Origin: Heptranchias perlo | Taxonomy: Eukaryota | Reading direction: 5' to 3' | Assembly: GCF_035084215.1 (NCBI RefSeq) | Contig: NW_027138407.1 | Span: 992,001-1,056,000 of the forward strand | DNA length: 64,000 nt | Shown: piece by piece, positions 49,115-60,742 of the stretch | Position numbering within the stretch: the first letter of the stretch is position 1 | Layout: every line of letters starts with the position of its first letter | Translations under genes and position numbers: made by a program | Notes under the pieces: generated by a model | Told to the model about the DNA's origin: nothing | The model's database searches: none | The model's input: only the letters and a program-made list of their open reading frames with translations

Positions 49115-52100
49115 GGGGTACGGCAGCATAGTGGTTATGTTACTGGACCAGTAATCCAGAGGCCTGGAATAAAAATCCGGAGTCATGAATTTAAATACTG
49201 CCACAGCACATAGTGAATTTAAATGCAATTAATTAAATTTAATTAATTAAATAAAAAATCTGGAATTAAAATACTAGTATCAGTAATGGTGGCCATAAAA
49301 CTACCGGATTGTCGTAAAAACTCATCTGGTTCACTTATGTCCTTTCGGGAAAGAAACCTGCTGTCCTTACCCGATCTGGCCAATATGTGACACCAGACCC
49401 ACAGCAATGTGGTTGATTCTTAATTGCCCTCTGAAATGGCCGAGCAAGCCACTCAGTTGTAAAATCTCGCTACGAAAACTCATAATAACAATAAAACCGG
49501 ACGGACCACTAGGCACCGGACACGACAACGGCAAACCAAGCCCAGTCGACCCTGCAAAGTCCTCCTTACTAACATCTGGGAAATTGTGCCAAAATTGGGA
49601 GAGCTGTCCCACACGCGAGTCAAGCAACAGCATGACATAGCCATACTCACAGAATCATACCTTTCAGCCAACGTCCCAGACACTTCCATCTCCATCCCTG
49701 GGTATGTCCTGTCCCACCGGCAGGACAGTCGCACCAGAGGTGGCGGTACAGTGATATACAGTCAGGAGGGAGTGCCACTGGGAGTCCTCAACATTGACTC
49801 TGGACCCCATGAAATCTCATGGCATCAGGTCAAACATGGGCAAGAAAACCTCCTGCTGATCACCACCGACCGTCCTCCATCAGCTGATGAATCAGTCCTC
49901 CTCCATGTTGAACACCACTTGGAGGAAGCACTGAGGGTCACGAGGGCACAAAATGTACTCTGGGTGGGGGACTTCAATGTCCATCACCAAGAGTGGCTCG
50001 GTAGCACCACTACTGACCGAGCTGGCCGAGCCCTGAAGGACATAGCTGCCAGACTGGGCCTGCGGCAGCTGCTGAGCGAACGAACACGAGGGAAAAGCTT
50101 ACTTGACCTCGTCCTCACCAATTTACTTGTCGCAAATGCATCTGTCCATGACAGTATTGGTAGGAGTGACCACTGCACAGTCCTCATGGAGAAAAAAGTC
50201 CCATCTTCGCACTGAGGACACCATCCAACGTGTTTTGTGGCACTAACACCGTGCTAAATTGAATAGATTCAGAACAAATCTAGCAACTCAAAACTGGGCA
50301 TCCATGAGGCGCTGTGCTCCATCAACAGCAGCAGAATTGTATTCCAGCACAATCTGTCACCTCGTGGCCCGGCATATTCCTCACTCTACCATTACCAACA
50401 AGCCAGGGGATCAACAGTGGTTCAATGCCGAGTGTAGAAGAGCATGCCAGGAGCAGCACCAGGCGTACCTAAAAATGACGTGCCAACATGGTGAAGCGAC
50501 AACTCAGGACGACCTGCATGCTAAACAGCGGAAGCAACATGCTATAGACAGAGCTAAACGATTCCACAACCAACGGATCAGATCAAAGCTGTGCAGTCCT
50601 GCCACATCTAGTCGTGAATGGTGGTGGACAATTAAACAACTAACGGGAGGAGGAGGCTCTGCAAACATCCCCATCCTCAATGATGGCAGAGTCCAGCACG
50701 TGAGTGCAAAAGACAAGGCAGAAGCGTTTGCAACCATCATCAGCCAGAAGTGCCGAGAGAATGCTCCATCTCGGCCTCCTCCCGATATCCCGACCATCAC
50801 AGAAGCCAGTCTTCAGCCAATTCGATTCACTCCACGTCACATCAAGAAACGGCTGAGTGCACTGGATACAGCAAAGGCTATGGGCCCTCAAAACATCCCA
50901 GCTGTACTGCTGAAGACTTGTGCTGCAGCACGAGCTGCGCCTCGAGCCAAGCTGTTCCAGTACAGCTACAACACTGGCTTCCACCAGACAATGTGGAAAA
51001 TTGCCCAGGTGTGTCCTGCCACAAAAAGCAGGACAAATCCAATCCGGCCAATTACCGCCCATCAGTCTACTCTCAATCATCAGCAAAGTGATGGAAGGTG
51101 TCGTCGACAGTGCTATCAAGCGGCACTTACTCAGCAATAAACAGCTCACCGATGCTCAGTTTGGGTTCCGTCATGACCACTCGGCTCCAGACCTCACTAC
51201 AGCCTTGGTCCAAACATGGACAAAAGAGCAGAATTCCAGAGGTGAGGTGAGAGTGACTGCCCTTGACATCAAGGCAGCATTTGACCGAGTTTGGCACCAA
51301 GGAGCCCGAGTAAAATTGAAGTCAATGGGAATCAGGGGGAAAACTCTCCAGTGCCTGGAGTCATACCTAGCACTAAGGAAGATGATAGTGGCTGTTGGAG
51401 GCCAATCATCTCAGCCCCAGGACATTGCTGCAGGAGCTCCTCAGGGCAGTATCCTCGGCCCAACCATCTTCAGCTGCTTCATCAATGACCTTCCCTCCAT
51501 CATAAGGTCAGAAATGGGGATGTTCGCTGATGATTGCATAGTGTTCAGTTCCATTCGCAACTCCTCAAATAATGAAGCAGTCCGAACCCACATGCAGCAA
51601 GACCTGGACAACATCCAGGCTTGGGCTCATAAGTGGCAAGTAACATTCGCGCCAGATAAGTGCAAGGCAATGACCATCTCCAACAAGAGAGAGTCTAACC
51701 ACCGCCCTTTGACATTTAATGGCATTACCATCGCCGAATCTCCCACCATCAACATCCTGGGGGTCACCATTGACCAGAAACTTAACTGGACCAGCCATAT
51801 AAATACTGTGGCTACGAGAGCATGTCAGAGGCTGGGTATTCTGTGGCGAGTGACTCACCTCCCGACTCCCCAAAGCCTTTGCACCATCTACAAGGCAACA
51901 GTCAGGAGTGTGATGGAATACTCTCCACTTGCCTGGATGAGTGCAGCTCCAACAACACTCAAGAAGCTCGACACCATCCAGGACAAAGCAGCCCGCTTGA
52001 TTGGCACCCCATCCACCACCCTAAACATTCACTCCCTTCACCACCGGCGCACTGTGGCTGCAGTGTGTACCATCCACATGATGCACTGCAGCAACTCGCC

Positions 52101-52423
52101 AAGGCTTCTTCGACAGCACCTCCCAAACCCGCGACCTCTACCACCCAGAAGGACAAGAGCATCAGGCACATGGGAACAACACCACCTGCACGTTCCCCTC
52201 CAAGTCACACACCATCCTGACTTGGAAATATATCGCCGTTCCTTCATCGTCGCTGGGTCAAAATCCTGGAACTCCCTTCCTAACAGCACTATGGTAGAAC
52301 CGTCACCACACGGACTGCAGCGGTTGAAGAAGGCGGCTCACCACCAACATCTCAAGGGCAATTAGGGATGGGCAATAAATGCCGGCCTCGCCAGCCACGC
52401 CAACATCCCATGAACGAATACAA
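49115..52423 (+). mobile_element. Near full-length non-LTR retrotransposon (CR1 group, Zenon-like; single APE+RT ORF broken by stops and frameshifts) with a tRNA-like 5' head
   Basis: APE motifs ILTESYL, GDFNVHHQEWLGS and SDH; RT motifs ALDIKAAFDRVWH, GAPQGSILGP and MFADD; TSD aacaaaa at 49108-49114 and 52424-52430; empty paralogous site at ~9600. Confidence 0.92.
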
Positions 52424-52785
52424 AACAAAACACTCAGAAAGAACAAGTGAGGTTCACTTGCAGAATTATATTAGTTGATTATTTCAACTCACATTTATAA
52501 TTAAAATCAAAAGTCACAAATCCATCTGTGGCGCCTTAACTCCACCGTTTGTATCTCAATGCCATTTCAGTTCTTGCCTGCAACATTGTGCATCTCTTTA
52601 CACATCTCCCCTGTCGGTTTTCTGGACCCTTTGATCGCAGCCTGCAAACATGATTTATTTGATCAAAGAATGTTGCTGGGTCTGAGGCAGTTTGTGCAGA
52701 AGGAACAGTTTTCAGAATGTAAAATAAGCCCCGAGCACAAAGTTCCCCCAATGTCCACTGTCATTCAGAATGTGTCTTTGAAGTT

Positions 52786-52985
52786 GTACGTCACAAAAAC
52801 ATGGCCGACTGTACGTCGTTCAAACATGGCCGATTGTCCGTCATGCAAGCATGGCCGACTGTCCGTCACGTTATATTGGCCGGCAGGAGGTCACACAAAC
52901 ATGGTCGACTGTACGTCACACAAGCATGGCAGACAGTACGTCACACAAACATGGCCGATTGTCCGTCACACAAACCTGGCCGCCG
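52786..52985. repeat. 8 x 25-bp CpG-rich minisatellite (gtacgtcacacaaacatggccgact)
   Basis: Direct tandem units. Confidence 0.9.
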
Positions 52986-53554
52986 CGATCGTTCAGCAGT
53001 GGATGACGACATTATTTTTTTTTGTGATATGTCAACACCGTGATTGGCTGTTTCTCCCATTTATTCAAGGTCAGTGGTCAGGGGCCGTCTCCAGCCTCCG
53101 CTCAGAGCAAAAGAACCCTAGTCTGTGCAGCCTTTAGCCCCGGAACTGGGGCGGTGACCCCGGAGGGCGGCAGGGGCCCTCTTAAAGGAACCCAGCAGGG
53201 GCATCTTAAAGGAACACAGCATGACCGAAACTGTTTCTGTCAATTTTAGTACTTAAAGACTGTGGTAGGACTTTGAATAAGGAAGGCAAGGACATCAACT
53301 CTTTTAATATCAATTAATTCAGTGATGTTGATTAATACCAGTTGTTTATGTCGACTCGTAACTAAGGATAATTTCCTGCAAGTACTATTGTAAAGTAGGA
53401 TCGATAATTTTGAAGGAGAACTGTGCATGGTGAGTGAGGCTCCTCACGCTGGAGAAGCCCATTTCCTGTCTGCACTCAATGATTAAAGATCTGAGCAATG
53501 TACCTGTGCAGGTCAATGATGTTCGCCTCGGTCTGTGCTGTTTGAGAGAGCTAT

Positions 53555-53860
53555 GCAACAGAGGGAGATAGATAAAGGTGAGAATGAATACCGTGAATGA
53601 TACAGAGCGAAACCAAAATAGGGAAATATATAAAGGTGAGACTGAGTACAGTGATACAGAGAGACATCAACAGAGGGAGATTGATAAAGATGAGACTGAG
53701 TACAGTAATACAGAGACACACCGACAGAGGGAGATAGATAAATGTGAGAATGAATGCCGTGAGTGAAACAGAGCGAAACCAAAATAGGGAAATATATAAA
53801 GGTGAGACTGAGTACAGTGGGTGATACATAGAGAAACCAACAGAGGGAGATAGATCCTGC
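53555..53860. repeat. ~55-bp degenerate minisatellite
   Basis: Repeated aacagagggagatagataaaggtgagactgagtacagtgataca. Confidence 0.8.
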
Positions 53861-54319
53861 CGTGTATCTGTAAATATAACAACAAAAAAAGGAACAGTTT
53901 AATTAGGGTTGTGCTGACTATTCCACCCATTAGAATGACACCCCCATGCCCTGCAGTGAGTTAACGGGATCCGCACTGTTCTGTGTAATATAAATGGACA
54001 ATGAGCGGGCTGATGAAAAACAGCCTGAGGTAAAGTAACTCACAAGGACACACAGAGAGAAACTTCAGCTGACTGAAGCTCAGTGATATGTAAGCACAGA
54101 CTGGAGGCTGCACGATGTCACAAGGGGGTAAGGGGATGGGTGGGAATTTGGGGATAGAAATGAAAACGGGGGAGATGGGGACAAAACAGCAGAAGGATTA
54201 GCAGAACAGATGGGGAAAAACATCACAAAGAGGGTAAAACAGGCCGGTTAACGGAAAAGGAACAGAAGGTTCAAATAAATGAAAGGAACTTATGAAACAT
54301 GACAGTTGAAGTGATTGAA

Positions 54320-55010
54320 TGAAAGGAAGATCTGTGGTATATGTACACAAGTCTTTGAATGTGGCAGGACAAATTGATAAGGCTGTTAAAAATGTGTACG
54401 AGATCCGTGGCTCTATAAACTGAGGCACAGAGTTCAAAAGCAAGGAAGTTATACTAAACCTTTATAAATCCCTGATTAGGCCCCAGCAGGATAATTGTGT
54501 CCAGTTCTGGAAATCACACTTTAGGAAGGATCGCAAGAATTAGAGAGGGTACAGAGGAGTTTTACTGGAATGGTGCCGGAGATGCGTGAATGCAATTATG
54601 TGGAGAGACTAGAGAAGCTGCGGTTGTTATCCTTGGAGCAGAAAAGGTTAAGGGGAGATTTAATAAAGCTGTTCAAAATCATGAAGGATGTTGATGGAGT
54701 AAATAAGGAGAAAATGTTTCCAGTGGCAGACGATACAGATTTCAGGTGATTAGCAAATTTACCAGAGGCGACATGAGGAAAACATTTTTTTACACAGCGA
54801 ATTGTTCTGATATGGAATAAACTGCCAGGATGAATGGTGGGAGCATATTCAGAAATAACTTTCAGAAGAGAATGGGATAAATACTTGAAAGGGAAAAATG
54901 CAACGCTGTGGGGAAAGAGCAGTGGAGCAGGAACAATTGGACAGGTCTTTCAAAGAGCCGGCACAGGCACCTTGAGCTGAAGGGCTTCCTTCTGTGTGGA
55001 TCATTCTCGG
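54320..55010 (+). mobile_element. CR1 3' fragment
   Basis: Decayed RT end and tail like the 12080 copy. Confidence 0.8.
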
Positions 55011-55069
55011 ACTCTATGAATTGATCCAAGTTGATCAGAGCTTTCAACACATGGCATCAAATTATTCAT

Positions 55070-55330
55070 GTTATAGTTATATTGCGATCATAGACTCCCC
55101 AATTTGCACCTGTGACCAAATATATATGTGTAGAGCTCCTTTAGAGCTGACTTCATTGCATCTGTCGTCGGAGTCAATCAATAGAATAATTTCAGTCTGC
55201 TGGCTGTCCATCGTCCACATCAGAGACCGTTCTGCTTGCTTCACTATAGCTGCAACCAATCACAGCATTTTTCATCATTCAAGCATGCTTCACACCCGAA
55301 TTCATGGTGTTCAATATTGGTATAAAGTCT
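55070..55330 (-). pseudogene. Possible very decayed V relic
   Basis: Minus-strand pieces NAVIGCSYSE, SLMW and SQVQIGES resemble FR1, FR2 and FR3; no RSS found. Confidence 0.25.
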
Positions 55331-56309
55331 TTAAATATGCTCTTCTTCAATTCCTTTGCCATCTCATTCAAGCCGGCGTCTAACCCCCTCCCATCCCCTA
55401 CTTGAAGAAGAACAAAATGACATTAAAAAAACATTTGAATATGAGGGCAGACAGTTGGAGCAAAATCAGATGCGATACAGTAACTTGCAACAATTCCCAC
55501 ATTGGCATCTTATTGCAATCATGTTGTACCTATACCTGTTTTCTGTGAAATTATAAAATGTCACACTGACCCTCAACAAGTCACACACAGAAACTACCAA
55601 CTTTTGAGAAGTAGGGTTCTATATTAACCTGATATCATGGAACACTGACTCGATAATGTTGACCAAAACTGTGATCGCAGTTCATCATATGCGGCACCTT
55701 CACCGACTCAGCACATGTCCACTCTAACCATATGTCTCCATGACGCTGACGCTATAACATCTACCTGAGCACATCTAACTGATGTGCTGACCTTACCCGC
55801 CCAACTCGTGAACATTTCAATCAGTGTATGAATTGACTGAATGGGAAGGCTCGGGGGAGTGTGGTTAAACGAGTTATGGATATTTGAATTTGCAACCACA
55901 ATGTGCAATACTAACGGGATATGTTTCGCTGTGACAATGGCTTTCAATTAATATTTGGCAGTAAAGAAAGTCACTGTTTATGCTCCTTTTATCCGTGGTG
56001 TTCAGATCCGGTTTAACTGCACGCATCTTCCAGAGGAGCAAGTATTAAGGCAGGGATTTGGAAAAATTAGGTGTCCAATGATCTGCTATGTTTCCACTGT
56101 GATTGAAGCAATTCGGGTGAGGAAACTTTGATTTACTTCTTGTACATTGACGGACTACATGTGCAAAAGCAAACATTTGTCTCTTCTCCACTCCGTCATG
56201 TCCTCGCTATATATCTTTGAAATGAAGAATCACCATCACCGAAGAACGATTATCAGTACCACATGGAAACCTTCAGGATTCTCTTGCGTTATCTTGCCTT
56301 ATTCTTGAC

Positions 56310-56810
56310 TTAGGAGCGGTGCAACGAAGGTTCACTGGATTAATTCCTGGGATGAGAGAGTTGTCCTATGAGGAGAGCTTGAGTAGAATGGGCCTATATT
56401 CTATGGAGTTTAGAAGAATGAGAGGTGATCTCATTGAAACAAATAAGATTCTGAAGGGTCTTGACAGGGTAGATGCTGAGAGGTTGTTTCCCTTGGCTGG
56501 AGAGTCTAGAACTAACGGGCACAGTCTCAGGATAAGGGGTTGGTCATTTAATACTTAGATGAGGAGGAATTTCTTCACTCAGAGAGTTGTGATTCTTTGG
56601 AATTGTTTACCACAGAGGGCTGTGGATGCTGAGTTGTTGAGTATATTCAAGGCAGAGATAGGTAGATTTATGGACTCTAGGTGAATCAAGGGATATGTGG
56701 ATCTGGTGGGAAAGTGGAGTTGAGGTCGAAGATCAGCCATGATCTGATTGAATGGTGCAGCAGGCTCGAGGGGCCGTATGGCCAACTCCTGCTCCTATTT
56801 CTTATGTTCT
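56310..56810 (+). mobile_element. CR1 3' fragment
   Basis: QRRFTGLIPGMRELSYEESLSRMGLYSMEFRRMRGDLIETNKIL. Confidence 0.9.
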
Positions 56811-58977
56811 TATGCTATTATATTCTTAGTGAAGTTAAGCTCTTTGTTTATCACTACCGTAGGGATTTACCTGATTCAGAAAATCAAAAAGAACTGGAGG
56901 TGCCATACTGATACAAATGCAGTAAAGGGGTTGCTTCACCTTAGGAAGTAGACCAACACAAACGTCGAACAGAATCTCTCTGGCCCATCTATCTGCCCAC
57001 CCATCCGTTCGTCATTCCATCCATTCATCCATTCATCCGTTCATCGGTCCATTAACAAAATTATTCAGAAATCCAACTATCCATGCATTCTTACATCCAT
57101 TCATCAATTCACGCAAACATGCATGTTTATGCATTTCAGGATATATCCTCTCTCTGAGGTCTTCTCTCTATCTATCTATCTATCTATCTCTCTATCCAGC
57201 CAACTATCGATCGATCATCTGTCAGCCTTTCTGTCTGTTGAAATCCGAACTCAAACTATGGTTCTGTTGCTCTTTATTGTATTTACTTTACAATTAAAAG
57301 TTTGTGATGTGCTTGACCGATCCTTCAGCTTGCTGGTGCTACTGTTAGGGTGTCTGACTCCTGGAAATCTGTGCTTAATTGAGACATGGATACGGTTGCA
57401 CACAGTAACGCAACTAAAAAAAATAAAATTAACTTCAGTACTGTTGCTGGGTAGATCTGTACATAAACAGGCCTCACTCACAATGTTAAGGGTTTGAAGT
57501 TGGCTTTCAGCCAAGCGGTCAGTAGTCAGGAAACAGATCTTTGATTTACTGCACAGAAACCCCAGATGTTTCCTGTAAATGGCATTGGGTGTTCGAGCCT
57601 CCCTGACGGCAGTGGGCTGGGTTGCTGCCAAATAATGTGTGGGGCAGATTGACTTGAATGTGAATGGCAAACAAGATGGGATTTTAAGTATTTGAACATT
57701 AAATTTTTCAGTAGCGCCCTTAAAAGAAACAAACATGTTATATAGTATAACTTCTGAAGAATAATTTTCGGTAAATGTCATGCTCACTACATCAGAATGT
57801 AGGATCAGAAAATAATAATTTGCTCCATATGCTATTTAATTTAAATTATTACCAAATACAGATAACTCTAGATTATTCCGGCCACATGTTCAGTAATGAA
57901 TGAAACGCTAGGGATATATTTTAATGACCCCATACCCACACTGTAAGGACATGAGTGGGAATTGCAAAGTAAATAAAAAATAGGCGGAATGGCCTTGAAC
58001 CCGCTGCACTTCCTTAAATATTCTCACAGACTTATGTGCCTCTTTTAAACTAAGGACCCTCTCATTACTGATCAGTCCCGGCGTACTGTAAAGTTCAATT
58101 TGTACTGATTTGGATTCCTTAACAAGCCTTCTGATAGCCCAGCTACCAATCCGTGGAGAAATGCTTAGTTTGCAATCTGTTTCAGGGGCAGATAAAACAT
58201 TTATTTTTGTGATATTCTGTAGCCTACCGCTAAGTCCTGATATAGTGTGTCCCTGATACCAGCCTGTCGCTATTAAAGTTCGATGCAAGGATTTGGATGC
58301 CGGGGAAATAGGTTTGCTGATCACGTTATCGGTTCTCTTTTTCAAAAGCTGATCAGACGCGGGCGGGCCGCACATTCTTATGTGTCTCTGTCGACTCACT
58401 CATTAATTATCGGGCAAGCTGATTTATTTTACACCTAATTTTCAAAGGCTGTCTTAGGATCACAGACTCAAGGGGCAGTTAGAGGAATGTAAGTGTAGAT
58501 ACTTGTAAAACGTTAGAGGTTTCCATACATCTCCTGATCCAAATCGTGTAGCTATAGCCGCCCACGCTATAAACAGAATCATGTTACCCATCTTGATTCT
58601 TAGAGACTCACATCAATAAAAGGCTTTTATTGATGGTCCACAATGTAATTAATTATGACTCAAACATTCTGAACTGCAGTATTACCATTTATTACCAAGG
58701 AACCATTGCATTGAAACTATACTGCCAATTAACCATCCCTGTATATAGATAAACAATCTACCTTTAACAAAAAACTAACGTAAAAATATGAGCGCATTCT
58801 GTTTGTGTGATGTGGATTCAGGCGCCGCCTGTATCAGGGAATTAGTGGGCGGCGCCTGTAACCTCGCCCCCTTCTACCGGGTATTTAAATTCCGGTCACC
58901 GGGACCGCAATACAACAGTCCGGGAGCCGTTTTGCTCAGTGAGTTCTCGCCAGAACCATTTCCCCCAAATGCCTCCA

Positions 58978-59458
58978 ATGATGAGGTCGGCGATTTCTCT
59001 CAGTCTGTTGCTGGCTTTCTTAGCCCGTGAGTAGTTTTTATTGTCCAAGTCTCTCACTGTTACTGTCTTTGTTTTAGTCTGTCACTGGAATGTTACAGGG
59101 TCAGGAAGCATTTCATCAGAATTAATCCTCGGGGTTTCTGATTTTTTTTACAGGTGTCCAGTCGGACGTCGTGTTGACTCAGCCTGAGGCAGAGACCAGT
59201 AGTCCCGGAGGGTCCCTGAAACTGACCTGTAAAACCAGCGGGTTCAATCTTGGCACCTACCACATGTTCTGGGTCCGACAGGTTCCCGGGCAGGGGCTGG
59301 AGTGGCTGGTTAGATACTACAGTTCATCAAACAATGCTTACGCCCCAGGGATTCAGAGTCGATTTACTGCGTCCAAAGACACTTCAAGCAACATCTTCGC
59401 TTTGGACATGAAGAACCTGAAGACCGAAGACACCGCCTTCTATTACTGTGCAGGAGAC
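58978..59458 (+). CDS. IGHV: Immunoglobulin heavy-chain V segment, shark IgM type, intact (leader 58978-59026, V exon 59154-59458)
   Basis: [16 protein letters not shown]|[102 protein letters not shown]; RSS CACAGTA-23-TCAAGAACA at 59459-59497; TATA-like tatttaaa at ~58882. Confidence 0.96.
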
Positions 59459-59907
59459 CACAGTAAGAGGAAACAGACCTGGACCCGTTCAAGAACAGAT
59501 GGAGGAGACATCTAACAAGATCCATCATAGCTTGACGGTCAGTAATTGTATCAAATGCAATATTAACGGCAGTGTTCAGCACCAGACCGCAAGCCGCTTC
59601 TTAGAAAACGAATACACTGAAAATCAATGGTAAAATCTGATATACTAACTGATGTACTGAGGAAAACGCTTGCTAAGGCTTAAGTTTTCTGTTGGCTGTG
59701 TCAGAAATTGGAGACCCGGCTGGAACCAATATAGTTTAACCCTGGCACGGTGCCGAGTAGAATTCTGTTCCGTGTGTGTCGCTTGGCGAAAAGTCTTGGT
59801 TCAATTCTTATCCAGATCAGGAGGAAATGTTTATTTCAAAGGGAATGTTGAGAGACAGCGTTGAACAGAGAGTGTGTGCAGTATATGTACGGGGATGTGT
59901 CACTGTG

Positions 59908-59919
59908 ACTACAGTGGGT
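59908..59919 (+). other. IGHD: IgH D1 segment (actacagtgggt) with 5' 12-RSS and 3' 22-RSS
   Basis: agtatatgt-12-cactgtg (59880-59907) | D | cacggtg-22-acaaaaacc (59920-59957); the canonical shark D1 layout. Confidence 0.93.
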
Positions 59920-60288
59920 CACGGTGCTGGACAGAGCGAACTCCTCGTACAAAAACCCCAGACGGGCAAGCTGCTGAAACCGGCTATCAGCGGCAGTATG
60001 ACTGGCAGCAAAATTCAATTAACTCACATTTAGTTATTGATTAGAAATAACGTGGTTTTACAAGACTGGAAAAAGCTCACGTGAAGTGGCGGGTTTATAT
60101 TGTGTGTAAAGTCTCTACAGTTGCATTAACGCCCGTTTTAAAGATAATGACTTGTTCTTACTGATACAGCATAGTGAATCATCACTGATGAATATGAATA
60201 GAGATCATGAACCCAAATTTGGAATTCTATATTTGTCGAACAAAGGTATAGGTCCGCAGGGGTATTTGATACGGTGAGTATCACTGTG

Positions 60289-60301
60289 ACACAACTGGGG
60301 T
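60289..60301 (+). other. IGHD: IgH D2 segment (acacaactggggt) with 12/12 RSSs
   Basis: ggtatttga-12-cactgtg (60261-60288) | D | cacagca-12-acaaaaccc (60302-60329). Confidence 0.93.
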
Positions 60302-60694
60302 CACAGCATTAACTGTCAATACAAAACCCCCCACAACACTAATAGAGTGATTCTGGCTCATTGCTGTGTGTGTTTTACCCAACCCTGTATGTAAAGCATT
60401 TTAGTTTGATTCATTGTTAAAAGGAACTCCAGCTCTAACAGGATTCAAGCAAATAAAAGGCACATATTATTAATTAATCCGTTGCCGTACTGTGGAAATG
60501 TTCGTCCATTAATTCATAAAGACCAATGCAATTTTCAAACAACTAAATATATCCATAAGGGGATTAATATTATTATGAAAATCTATTGTTTACTTTTGCT
60601 CTGTGCTGGTGAACATTTGAAATAATATGTGTATTGTTCTATTCTACACAGAGCCCGTTACAGTGTGACCCAGCCCAGGGAATGTAACACTGTG

Positions 60695-60742
60695 ATGCCC
60701 TTGACTACTGGGGACAAGGAACCATGGTGACGGTGACTTCAG
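60695..60742 (+). CDS. IGHJ: IgH J segment (ALDYWGQGTMVTVTS)
   Basis: WGXG motif; donor g|gtaaga; heptamer cactgtg at 60688-60694, 23-bp spacer, weak nonamer cgttacagt at 60656-60664. Confidence 0.95.

Noticed and set aside
49115-49200. tRNA gene
   Set aside because: Only A-box-like similarity with a decayed B-box, and it forms the 5' end of a TSD-flanked retroelement.
57256-57562. Leader-like MVLLLFIVFTLQLK plus FEVGFQPS and an acagaaacc nonamer
   Set aside because: Might be an extremely decayed V, but there is no valid donor, heptamer or YYC; too weak to call.
57908-58399. 163-aa minus-strand ORF containing GWYQ
   Set aside because: No properly spaced Cys pair, YYC or RSS, and no recognisable domain.
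58978-60742. NAR-TCR, IgNAR or germline-joined cassette
   Set aside because: The V has a full FR2-CDR2 ([14 protein letters not shown]) and IgM-type sequence; V, D1, D2 and J are separate with intact RSSs. None of the intact TCR Vs in the window is a leaderless supporting V delta.
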